Source: Euprymna scolopes (Eukaryota). Taken from it: 64,000 bases of DNA. A program made the translations under genes and the position numbers. Below the pieces are notes generated by a model. The model ran no database searches. It was given only the letters and a program-made list of their open reading frames with translations, and was not told the DNA's origin. Of this stretch, positions 52,573 to 64,000 are shown piece by piece. The stretch is from assembly GCA_053919585.1 (NCBI GenBank), contig CM132804.1. One strand, 5' to 3'. The first letter of the stretch is position 1. Every line of letters begins with the position of its first letter.

Positions 52573-54250
52573 TAAACCTTAATTATTGTTTCTATTCGTG
52601 TTTTCTTTTCGAAGAGTAAATTAATTTAAAGGACAATTGGCAATCNNNNNNNNNNNNNNNNNNNNNNNNNNNNNNNNNNNNNNNNNNNNNNNNNNNNNNN
52701 NNNNNNNNNNNNNNNNNNNNNNNNNNNNNNNNNNNNNNNNNNNNNNNNNNNNNNNNNNNNNNNNNNNNNNNNNNNNNNNNNNNNNNNNNNNNNNNNNNNN
52801 NNNNNNNNNNTGTTTTTGTCAGTGCTTCCAAGAGTGCAATAGTTGTCTTTTCTCTTGCAAGTATAATTTAGTCACTCTGTACTTTTATCAATGCTGTGCT
52901 ACTAGATGGTGACCACATATTTCTTGAAACTTTGAATGAGCTTAAAAATGCGCACGTATACCATTATCATTATTTCCATTATATCATTTCAACTATATTT
53001 TATATACACACTGATTTAACCTCATTTGAATTAGTAAAGTGTAATATAGTGCATGGACAGTATGATAATATCCATACGAATTCACCTTGCATTGTTGATG
53101 ATAAACTGAAAAATATCCTAAAACCCATCCACTTGAAACTCAGCTTTGTGAAGATGGTAATTAGTCTTATAGGAGAAGATCGCCTGAAGATAGTGGATTA
53201 AAACTATAGTTTGCAGGCATGAAGTTTACAATAAGTGGATTGCCCTTTACTCTTGTTTACTTGCAATGGTAACATACATTTTTAATTTTGCAATTCTCTG
53301 AAATATATCAAATATGTTTGCAAATAGATAAATAACGGGTCTTGTGCAGTTTTACTTTACTAAGAATGTTAGTGAATTAATTTCGTAATCAGCTTCCATC
53401 TTATTACACATGTAGATGAGTAAATGAGGAGCTTATGTTGAGGGCCAATCATGTATAAAATTTTCTTGTAGTTTTAGGAACAGCTGGAGAGTAATAACAT
53501 TGTTGATGGCATCTGCAGCTAGATAAGTGGTTACGGAGATTCTTTTGTAAGTGAACCATGGGTTGAAGTTCAGTCGGGTGAGAAAAGGGTTAGTAAGGAG
53601 AAGAATATGAATACCTAGAAGATTTTGTAGGCAAATTCTTACCCTATTAAGCTAGTGGTTATGAAAAAGCATTTATTAATAAAAACTGTAATGGGATTCC
53701 ATTTCCGTTTATAAAAAAAAGTTATATTTCGAACGTTATCGGAGCACTCAAAAATAGAACAGTGATATATTCTGTTATGAATGTTTTTGAATCAATCTGG
53801 ATGGATGTTAAATTGTTCTATTTGGAACTTTTTTTTTAACACTTTAGAATAATCAAGACAATGTCTTGCAGAAAACATATATAAAGACTCTGCAGAATTC
53901 GCGCCAGTTTGTTAACAAAGTTATTAATTTGAAGTTGCCAACTTGTTAAGAACTCGGGTAATCTTTCAAGAATAAAAATTTAACAGTAAGAAACAGCTTA
54001 GAAGCCAACCACCGCATCATTTGAAGAAATTGTACTTTCTGTATTTTTTCTCACTGAACAAAAAAACTATATATTTTAATATAAGGTTTTACCCATAGAT
54101 AAAACATTTGGTTTGAAGTTAAGAGTTATTATCTCCTTTTCACTATTTATCTATTTACCTTATAATTTGCTTTCAAAGCTTGTAGCAGAAGTACGAACAA
54201 AGTTTATTTACTTGAAAATATTTTCTATGGTTTATGTTAAATTAAGTATG

Positions 54251-56075
54251 TCGTTCTTGGCCTTCCGGCCGGGATCAAAGTTTAGTATCTGTTCCGGCAG
54301 ATACTGCAAGCAAAGACCCTATGTGGGGGCGACCCCACAGATAAGACCTTGATCAATGTAGGGGCAACCCTTCATACCAATTGTTACTATCCAGCTCCCC
54401 TACTCCCCGGGGAGTTGGTCCCCATTTCCTCTTCACTCCTCATTTTAAAAATCGACCTTGCGCCTAATTTGCTCGGTGGGGAGCAAAGAAATGCCTCAAA
54501 GATGCTGCCCTTAAGATAATTTGTACCAGTCAATGGAGGGGAAACCCTCTATACTGGGACAATTATTATTTTTGGTAACCAGATTGCCCCCTTTTTGCCT
54601 ACTTTTAGGGGAGCTGGTTTTTACCCCACATTAAAAACGGCCTTATGCCTAATTTGCTTTGGTGGGGGCGCAAATAAATACATTAAATTAAGCATGTTTT
54701 TATTTTAACTATGAGTTTCATTAGTTTTCTTCTTTTAATTTATTGCGCGCTCATATCCTATGAAAGAAACATGTATGAAAGGATTACTTGAGCAGCTCAC
54801 ACCCAAATGTGGAACAATCTTAATTCTAGAACACATTTTTAGTCGAGTACAAGCGACTCTATAAGTCACTCCGTCGGTCCGTGGGTTTGTCGGTCTGTCG
54901 GTCTGTCGGTCTGTCGGGTGGTCTGTCGCTCTGTCCGTAAAACTTTTGTGCTTGGCCTCTTTGGTTAAGATCAAATATGCTGTTCTTAGCTTTTTAAGCT
55001 TTTCTTGGCCTTTTGGCCAAGAAGACCATATGTGGGGGCTATCGCACATATAAGACCTTGGTCAATGTAGAGGCAACCCTTCATACCAATTGACACAATC
55101 CAGCTCCCCTACTCCCTACTTCCTCTCCACTCCTCACATTAAAAATCGGCCTTGTGCCTAATTTGCTCGGCGGGAGAGCAAATAAATACCATTTTCTTGG
55201 CCTTTTGTCCAAGATCAAAGTGCAGATACTGCAAGCAAAGACCATATGTGGGGGAAACCCCACATATAAGACTTGATTCAATGTAGGGGCAACACTTCCT
55301 ACCAATTGTCAATATCCAGCTCCCCTACTGCCCTGGGAGTTGGTCCCCATTTCCCCTTCACTCCTCACATTAAAAATAGGCCTCGCGCCTAATTTGCTCG
55401 GTAGGGAGCAAATAAATACCGACCCACATATAAGACCTCTGTCAATGTAGCGGCAACCCTTGATACCAATTGACACAATCCAACTCCCCTACTCCCTGGG
55501 GAGTTGGTCCCCATTTCCTCTCCACTTCTCACATTAAAAATCGACCTTGTGCCTAATTTGCTCGGTAGGAGAGCAAATAAATACCATTTTTTTTGGCGTT
55601 TTCGCCAAGATCAAAGTGCAGATACTGCAAGCAAAGACCATATGTGGGGGCGACCCACATATAAGACCTTGGTCAATTTAGGGGGAACACTTCATACCAA
55701 TTGTTTCTATCCAGCTCCCCTACTCCCCGGGGAGCTGATCCCCATTTCCCCTTCACTCCTCACTTTAAAAATCGGCCTTGTGCCTAATTTGCTCAGTGGG
55801 GGAGCAAATAAATACCCCTTTCTTGGCCTTTTGACCAAGATCAGAGTGTAGCATCTGTCTTACTACATGCTGTACTTATGTTTGCCACTTTTCCTTGGCC
55901 ATATAGCTAAGATCAAGAGTGCAGTATCTGTTCTTAATAGACGCTGTACTTACGTTTATAACTCTTCCTTGGCCACATGGCTAAGATCAAAGTGTAGTAT
56001 ATGTTCTTAACAGATGCTGCACTTACATTTGTAACTTTTCCTTGACAATGGAAGGGGAAACCCTTCCATGCTAAG
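54251..56075 (+). repeat. Tandem array of U2-snRNA-headed structured repeats
   Basis: A-type units 54251-54494, 55000-55190, 55191-55420, 55421-55585 (5'-truncated), 55586-55815; B-type body 54500-54681; short head 54949-54990; three ~73-bp heads at 55821, 55893, 55967. The head ttcttggccttttggc(c/t)aagatcaaagtgtagtatctgttctta matches U2 nt ~5-48. Confidence 0.9.
54836..54945 (+). mobile_element. DINE-1/Helentron-associated (HINE-like) 5' end
   Basis: tttttagtcgagtacaagcgactctataagtcact (hairpin agtcg..cgact), followed by a (gtcggtct)n microsatellite. Confidence 0.6.
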
Positions 56076-56077
56076 GA

Positions 56078-56280
56078 TTTTTTCGTCGCATGCAATCACT
56101 CCATCGGTCAGTCTCTAACACATTTACATTTTATTTTATTTTTTGTAAGCAAGAGATATGGAGTAACAGTTTTGTCCCCCGAATTACTGAGAGGGGCTTA
56201 TGTTTTCAATGGGTCCGTCTGTTCGTTAGTCCGGATGATTGACGGATAACTGTCCATTAGTTTTTCCTGAAATTTTTATT
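56078..56280 (+). mobile_element. Degenerate HINE-like end fragments
   Basis: ttttttcgtcgcatgcaatcactccatcggtc resembles 54836; ttttgtcccccg...gagggg...gtccgtctgttcgt has the T-run/hairpin/GTCC layout. Confidence 0.4.
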
Positions 56281-57077
56281 TATTTAAGTCATTTCACACC
56301 ATTTTCCGGTCATTTTAGTTCATCTTTAAGAATTCCATGTCAATCCTACATTCACGCATTCATTCATTACACGAGAGCACGCGACTAATGACTATCGGCA
56401 TTGTTCCTTAGTACAGGTAGAGATTTCGTCAGATTTAAAATATTTCTGAAGCGGTAAAATGTGTCCATCATCTATCCGGTGAGATTTGTAATGAATTTGA
56501 AGTAATTGGTATATTTCAGGCCACGCGCAAAAATCAGTCCCAAATGCTTGTTAGAGCACGGTGTTTTCCGAGTACGAGAGTCATTTCTTTCAATTGGTGC
56601 TTAAAATATTAAAGTTTGGTTGTGGATTGTACATTATCTTAAAAGTTTTTCTTCACTAAATTGTGGTGTAACATATTGAAAGGCAGTATCAAAGAGTGAA
56701 CCTGTATGATTATCCGATATCAAGAGTTAAGCGCATGCGCATCGAGGAATTCACGCTTGATTTATGTTTCTGTAATTATCATTGCCAAATTAGAATGCTA
56801 AGACGTGTGTTAGAAAATGATAAATATATTAGTTGCAATAATAAAAAAGTTAACAAGAAATACATAGTTGAGCAACAATGATTTATTATTGCATTCCTTT
56901 ATGCTTGCAAACTGACAGTTTATCCATCTTAGACGACGTTCTTTGTGCATCCTCACATCGGTATTCTTTTTCTGTAAATATCTATTAATTAAAATAAAAA
57001 GATATAATCGCATATAAAATGTGTCACTTGCAAACGATAAAAGCACAAAACAGTTTGAAAGGAAATACTGCCGCGGT

Positions 57078-57410
57078 CTGTTTTTGTTTTACGGCATATC
57101 AACCCTTTTCGGGTTATTTAATGCCGAATGCAAAGATTTTGAAGATAAATTTTTTTAATAGAATATATTTGTTGTTTTCACGTCGGTTTCTATTCAACCC
57201 ATAGTTGGGATCCTAACAGTTACTACCACTCCGGGTCAGAGTGGACCTGGGAGCAATGGTAATTAAAGGGTGGCTCCACACACCCCAAAGCCCACAAGCT
57301 GGGGCCTCACCACTGGATATAGTTTAAGGTCATATCCAGGACCCCTGTTGAGGGACTTTTACCCTCTGCAGGGGGGCAGACGGCGTATTCTAATGCCCCA
57401 CCGACAGGGC
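57078..57410 (-). mobile_element. Interspersed SINE-like repeat, copy 2 (with GC-rich head)
   Basis: Colinear with 11995-12300; minus strand begins gccctgtcggtggggcattagaatacgccg and ends ggcattaaataacccgaaaagggttgatatgccgtaaaacaaaaaca. Confidence 0.8.
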
Positions 57411-58572
57411 CGTTGAAAGGAAAGAACCGAATATTCAAAGTTATGGGATGAAAAATCAATACAAGTTCATAATGTTTTAAAGTAAATACTAATATCGTGG
57501 ATCTCAATCTCAAGGATTTTGATGATGTAGTAATTTTGTCAGATTTAGAAATGTTTCTATGATTTCCTAATTAAGAATGATCTCCAGAATGTGGATTTAT
57601 TTTTTTGGGTAAGTGAGGGATATGACGTTATAGCTTTCCTACAGCCTCTGTTTGAAATAATCTGTTGCTAGATTCTCCCTACTGAATTGTAATGATTATT
57701 GTAGGAGCTTGCATACAATAGAATCCCTATTTCTTCCTCTGTGGAATATTCACTACAATAACTCGTCCTGCATAGATGACAATTGCACCCCCTTTTTATC
57801 TATACCAGAAACCAAACGGAAATTCCATGGATAAAGTTTTTTGTTTTTCCCAACCCCGTCTGTATCGTTAGCTCGCTTTCACAATTAACGGCAGCACGGT
57901 TTTATTCAAGTACTGCGTAAATAACTTCATTTTAATCGTTCTTTTGCAAAATGAAGTTCTCTTTAAACACCTGCTAATTGTATTCATTGTGTCCAATCTT
58001 TTTATAGGAAGCATTATCTTCGAACGAACTACTATTAACGCTTAACATCGTGTTTACAAGTGCATTTGCCGTTGCAATATATTATTAAAAAGACAACACT
58101 GAGCTTATTAGAGAAAGCATTGATAAACATCTGTAAATAGCAGGTGGTGTCAGTTTGGATATAAAATTAATTGAACGTCGTATGCTTTATTCGTCTGGAG
58201 AAAATATAATTAAATTGTAGATTATACTTTGTAGTAATGCTGTAGTTGTTAATTTGTATACAAGATTAAGAACGTCGACAACTATTAAGATAGTGTTTAT
58301 ATACGATTTGTACGATTTTGCTTATACACAATGTAGGTGTAAGATGCTATTTTACGTTTTAATCTGGAATGTATCTTGATACACATAAACAAAATATGTT
58401 AGTACACATATACAAGGTGCACGATATAATATGCTGACTATTTCTATCCTTTATTTACAAGGTCTTATCCTGATACATTAGTCCTATAGATGACGATTAA
58501 AAAATTAATATATTGTGCTATGTATTTTACGCGAAAAGATGGAAAGCATTCTTGAATGTATTTACACACGTA

Positions 58573-59864
58573 CGAGGGGTGTTCAATAAGTAATGTCAAT
58601 GACCCACTTGCAGTTGTCTGATCTAGCTGACATTATGCATGTGCAATGATCTATAGCTTTAGGGGTTATGTGGCAAATTACAGCTCTGAACTAATTGTGG
58701 CTTCTGTTTTACAGATGTTTGAACTGAGTCAGGTGTGAAATGGAGCCTGTTGAATGTCGAGCAGTGATCTGGTTTTTGTATTTGAAAGGACGCCCACCAC
58801 AGGAGAATTTTGATGAAATGAAAGAAACTTATGGTGATAATGCCCCATCATATAACCTTGTAAAACTCTGGCATCGTGAATACAAACATGGCCGGAAGTC
58901 TATGGAAACAGCTCCCAGACCTGGTCGCCCCCATTCTGCCATTGGTGAGGCATCTGTTCGTCAAGTTGTGGCTGTCATTTTGGAAGATCGGCGCATTACT
59001 ATTCACCAAATAGCCCAAGATGTCAAAGTTAGTACAGAGTCTGTGGAAACTATAATTCATTACCATTTGCATATGCATAAGGTGTCTGCCAGATGGATTT
59101 GCAGGTTGCTCACACCATTCCAGAAGTGAGAACGCGTCGAGTGCTCGAGGATGAATTTTGAGATATCGCAAGAAGATGAGTCAATGTTTATCAAAAAAAC
59201 TGGTTTAACAGGATGAAACCTGGGTCCATCACTATGATCCAGAGACCAAGGTCCAGTCAATGCAGTGGAATCACTTGGACTCACCACCTCCAAAGAAGGC
59301 AAAGGTGCAGCCCTGCGCTGGCAAAGTCATGCTCACAGTCTCCTGGAACTAAGACGGAGTTATGATGACAGATTTCCTGACAAAGGGTACCACAATTACA
59401 GGAGCCTATTATGCTTCACTTTTGAGGAAATTAAGGAAAGCTATCAAAATCAAGAGGCAGGGCAAGATCAGCAAAGGTACCCTTCTCCTGCAGGAGACGC
59501 TCCAGTCCACAACTCGCATGTCGCCAGATCAGAAGCACGGGCGTGTGGTTATGAAATCCTACCCCATCCTCCTTACTCTCCTGACTTGCACGCTTTGACT
59601 TTCACCTCGTCCCAGCCATGAAGTTGTGTTTGAATGGAAAGAGTTTCCAAGATGATGTAGCCTTGATTTCTGAAGTCACGTAGTGGTTGGAGGACCAACC
59701 ATGTGTGTTCTACAAAAACGGTTTCCAGAGCTGCATCAAATGATGGGAGAAATGCATAACTCTTGGTGGTCCCTATGTAGAGAAACACAAATAACTGTGC
59801 CACGTTTTGTTGCTCTACTTCTATGGGAAGTAGGTCAGGGACATTACTTATTGCACGCCCCTCG
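58573..59864 (+). mobile_element. Full-length mariner (DD34D) element, 1292 bp, inactive
   Basis: TA TSD on both sides; TIRs cgaggggtgttcaataagtaatgtc / gacattacttattgcacgcccctcg. Confidence 0.95.
58740..59794 (+). pseudogene. Mariner transposase pseudogene (irritans-like)
   Basis: RAVIWFL..., PRPGRP, KVSARWICRLL (WVPRxL), TG*ETWVHHYDPETK-like, LPHPPYSPDL..FDFHL; stops and frameshifts. Confidence 0.93.
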
Positions 59865-60649
59865 TAATATAAGAGTTATAATTTGAGTTTTACTTGGCTA
59901 TCAATGTCAAGGGTGTGTGTCAATCAGTTATATCTGCTTTCCGTTAATATATTTTTAACCTTTTATATAAACGCGAATAATACCTATCGAAAGCATGTAA
60001 AATTAATTTATAGACCCTTCGTGAGAATCAACATGTAAATATGCTCAATCTCGTATCTATAATATACGTTCTAATTTGTAGCTAAATCTATTAGAGGAGT
60101 TAACTCTAGAAAATGTCTTAATCAGGGCCAACGTTTAAGAAGTCGTTAGAAAGAAATTGGAATCCAGTAAATGTTGCTAAATCAATGCCTGAAAACAAAG
60201 AGGTACAACTCAATTAACGTCTGATACATTTGAATTTTAAAATAGGAGCTTGTGCCAATGTTGTTGCCTAAAATCTTTATAAAACATATAAATAAAAATA
60301 AATTAGTGGAACTGATGTTTGATATCTTTTGCTAAAATTATAAAAAAATCTGAGGCATGTGAATTTTACCAAAGTTGTTCGAGACCCCTTATTGTATGAA
60401 ATGAATTAAACATTACATATCCCGAATTTAAACCTCTTTCGAGTAGTAGTTGTGTTTCGAAATTCACAATGATGTTGCAGTTAGGACAGTCACTAAATTC
60501 TCTGCATACAAATGCATAAACAAGTTAATATCCAACAAATTTATGAATCTATATTTAAGTGTGTTTCCTTACAACATTACCCATGAAACAAAAAATCATA
60601 TGTATGAATGTTTTTCACTTAGGGATTCTAGGAATTTGTTGCTCCATGT

Positions 60650-61660
60650 TGTTCAGCAAACATTTTTCTTTGAATTGCTTCCTCTTTCTCTGAATTATTA
60701 GCTATGCTCGGTATATTTTATTGGTCATAAAAGCTATAAGTTTAAGTTGTATTAACCCTCAGCTCAGACTCTTATCAATATCCTCTATGCAATCAGAACG
60801 ACTTTCAACACTAGTGTACTATAATATTTTTGTTATATATTCGAGTGAAAACAAAGCTTCTATCTTTACATCATCAACGCCCAGATCCCCATCTGGCATC
60901 AATTGAAATGGATGGCTATCGTCTCGAGGAGGCTACCTGTTTTGAAAAGCTTCTGGGATTGATCTTTACTCCTGATCTGGAATGGAACATCTACATCAAA
61001 TCTGTTGCCAAGATCGCTGAAAAAATGGTAGGACCCTTCTACCGCTCCAGTAGATATTTCACTGCTGATGCAGTTCTCTATCTATATAAAAGGCAAGTAC
61101 GTCCAAAAATGGATAACTGCTTACACATCTGGGCAGAAGCTGCTAAAAACAGCCGATCCTACCTTGACAGAGTACAAAATAGACTTCGTAGCTTACTGGG
61201 GGATTCCCTTTTCTCTTCCCTGCAACCTGTCTCGCACAGAAGAGACGTTGCGAGCCTGTTTTTGTTTTATATAGTTATTTCCATGGCAAGTGCCCGTCTG
61301 AGCTCTAATCTCTGTCCCCCACGCCAATCTTTCACGAAAAACACCTGTTTAGCTGAAAACACTAGCAATAATTTTTCCCACTCTTTATCTGTGACTTGAT
61401 GAAAGCGTAGATTCCATTTAACAAAGCTTTTTTCTAAGAAGTGCACGCCTGTGTAACTCTCTCCCGTTTGCCTGTTTCCCATCTGAATCCAACATAAACA
61501 AATTCCTGATAAACCGCCCACTTAATTAATCCAGTTTATCAAATCTCCATTACTAACGATTACTACGAGATTGTCCCATCGATTACTGTACACGCAATAA
61601 TCCTTATCCCCGAGTGGCCTCTGGGCCTTGATAAGTGGTGACTACCATGTAAAATAAAAG
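60650..61660 (+). mobile_element. CR1-group LINE 3' fragment (diverged subfamily)
   Basis: LLGLIFTPDLEWNIYI, LYLYKRQVRPKMDNCLHIWA, LDRVQNR, LQPVSHRRDVASL; A-rich end at ~61650. Confidence 0.88.
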
Positions 61661-62644
61661 AAACCGCTTATTGAGAGTCTGGCTGTTCGACTATATTTGA
61701 TTGCTAGGACCTCAGACATAAAGTATTTTTTTAAGTTAACAGTCCGGATATATATTTTACGTCGGCTGGGATTTTACACGCGATCAGAAAAAACATTCTA
61801 CGAAAAAAAAAAAAACATTAATGTAATAAAACGTGTAAACGTGCGTCTTCAAAAATCTTAACAAGAGAAGTTAAATACTTATATAACTAAAATGTCAATT
61901 GAAATTTGAAAAGAGCTAAAACATTCGACAGCAACCGGAAGTCATGCGCAAAACATTTCCGCAAAATGTACATTAACGAAATACTACGCAGTAAGTATTC
62001 ATCCAATGTGTTTAAGACTAATATAAGCAACTTACAACTATAATAATTTGCCATGGATCCTATATGTTTTACTTTTCACAAATCTGAATTAAATTATTAT
62101 TAAATTATTATTAAATACGAATAAAAAAATAAGAAGACAACAAATTTCCTGAATTAAAAAAAAGCAGATAAAACCTTGTTATCATGTATAAATAAATTGC
62201 GAAATTGATAACAAGGAAGTCAAATAAGCATGGTTATTGCTGACAAGTTCAATCAGTACATATTCACATTTTGATAATACGTCGGTATCACTACTGGGTT
62301 GTAAAGATTAAAGATATAAAAAATATTATATTTATTATTAGTTTTTAATAGTTAAAAACTATTAGCAGTTCTAATAAATGATGTATACTTACTGCAATGC
62401 TATCTAGAAGCAATAGTTATGCAATTTACAAGAAAAGAAAGGATTATGTTTTTCTTTTTTCTAGACCCATTACATAGACAATGTTTCCGCTATATTTTTT
62501 CGTTGCTTCTGCCGTATACTTGGATTTAAAATTATAGATATATTTCATAAAAAAAAACAAAAACAATTGATGTTACTTATGCGCAGTGTTGTTTGCCCAA
62601 ATTTTAAAAATTACAAAAATTGATAGAGTAAAAATATGCTTGGA

Positions 62645-64000
62645 TGATTTAAGTAGACCCCCCCCCCAGATATTAGTGAACTGTCATTTTTTATTTTCAT
62701 TGCTCCAATTTTTAATGATTTAAGTAGAAAACCCCCGGATAATACTGAACTGTTATTTTCTATTTTCATTGCTCCAATCTTTAATGATTTAAGTAGAAAA
62801 AAACAGATATTAGTGAAGTGTCAATTTCTATTTTCATTGCTCCAATTTTTAATGATTTAAGTACAAAAAAAACAGATATTAGTGAACTGTCATTTTCTAT
62901 ATTCATTGCTCCAATTTTTAATGATTAAAGTAGAAAACCCCCAGATATTACTGAAGTGTCAGTTTCTATTTTCATTGCTCCAATTTGTAATGATTTAAGT
63001 AGAAAAAACAGATATTAGTGAAGTGTCAATTTCTATTTTCATTGCTCCAATTTTTAATGATTTAAATAGAAAAAAAACAGATATTAGTGAAGTGTCAATT
63101 TCTATATTCATTGCTCCAATTTTTAATGATTTAAGTAGAAAAAACAGATATTAGTGAAGTGTCAATTTCTATTTTCATTGCTCCAATTTTTAATTATTTA
63201 AGTAGAAACCCCCCAGATAATACTGAACTGTCAGTTTCTATTTTCATTGCTCCAATTTTTAATGAGTTAAGTAGAAAAAAACAGATATTAGTGAAGTGTC
63301 AATTTCTATATTCATTGCTTCAATTTTTAATGATTTAAGTAGAAAAAAACAGATATTAGTGAAGTGTCAATTTCTATTTTCATTGCTCCAATTTTTAATG
63401 GTTTAAGTAGAAAACCCCCAGATATTAGTGAAGTGTCAATTTCAATTTTCATTGCTCCAAATTTTAATGATTTTAGTAGAAAAAACAGATATTAGTGAAG
63501 TGTCAATTTCTATTTTCATTGCTCCAATTTTTAATGATCTAAGTAGAAAAAACAGATATAAGTGAAGTGTCAGTTTCCATTTTCATTGCTCCAATTTTTA
63601 ATGGTTTAAGTAGAACACCCCCAGATATTAGTGAAGTGTCAGTTTCTATTTTCATTGCTCCAAATTTTAATGATTTAAGTTGAAAAAAAACAGATATTAG
63701 TGAAGTGTCAATTTCTATTTTCATTGCTCCAATTTTTAATGATTTAAGTAGAAAACCCCCAGATATTAGTGAAGTGTCAATTTCTATTTTCATTGCTCCA
63801 ATTTTTAATGATTTAAGTAGAAAACCACCAGATATTAGTGAACTGTAAGTTTCTATTTTCATTGCTCCAATTTTTAATGATTTAAGTAGAAAACCCCCAG
63901 ATATTAGTGAACTGTCGATTTCTATTTTCATTGCTTCAATTTTTAATGATTTAAGTAGAAAACCCCCAGATATTAGTGAAGTGTCGATTTCTATTTTCAT
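62645..64000. repeat. ~59-60-bp AT-rich satellite, >=22 copies, continues past the window end
   Basis: Unit gatttaagtagaaaa(aaaa/cccc)cagatattagtgaagtgtcaatttctattttcattgctccaatttttaat. Confidence 0.97.

Larger units (their letters stand above)
1949..52810. other. Eight assembly gaps (N runs)
   Basis: 1949-2151, 3856-4003, 5073-5218, 28472-28630, 33178-33322, 33809-33940, 36480-36627, 52646-52810. Confidence 0.99.

Noticed and set aside
54251-56075. Functional U2 snRNA gene cluster
   Set aside because: Strong similarity ends at about nt 48, stem IIa is replaced by a fold-back, GUAGUA is often mutated or deleted, and the units abut with no room for individual upstream promoters.
61930-61965. 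ETS (ccggaagt) plus NRF1-like motif as a promoter; similar motifs at ~22910-22945 and ~56730
   Set aside because: Short motifs with no associated gene or exon; common by chance and in transposons.
62645-64000. CRISPR array, or a 153-aa repeat protein (ORF 63539-64000)
   Set aside because: No unique spacers; eukaryotic context; the ORF is a by-product of 60-bp units, and 59-bp units break the frame.

Overview
AT-rich, microsatellite-dense, gap-containing draft DNA from an invertebrate animal; the taxon cannot be fixed from the sequence. I find no convincing host protein-coding gene: the long ORFs are transposon remnants or repeat artefacts. The window is a mosaic of decayed mobile elements: CR1-group and RTE LINE fragments, a full-length dead mariner (58573-59864), a Tc1/Tc3-type IR/DR element (34952 to the gap at 36480), a probable Chapaev3-like remnant, non-autonomous Helitron families (one in a head-to-tail triplet), fold-back MITEs, a solo LTR with a 5-bp TSD, a 5S rRNA fragment and a ~60-bp satellite at the right end. 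Two RNA-derived systems stand out. (1) A structured ~220-260-nt repeat family headed by the 5' end of U2 snRNA forms a tandem array (54251-56075) and has two dispersed copies (17853-18070; 47954-48213, inserted into a LINE). In it the U2 branch-point-recognition sequence is folded back on its own complement, and the downstream hairpins keep GNRA loops. (2) A tRNA-headed, hammerhead-carrying ~276-bp unit (13641-13974, permuted copy 33323-33476) looks like a non-LTR retrozyme; several other minimal Penelope-type hammerheads also occur. Family names and RNA consensus comparisons are from memory and need database confirmation.
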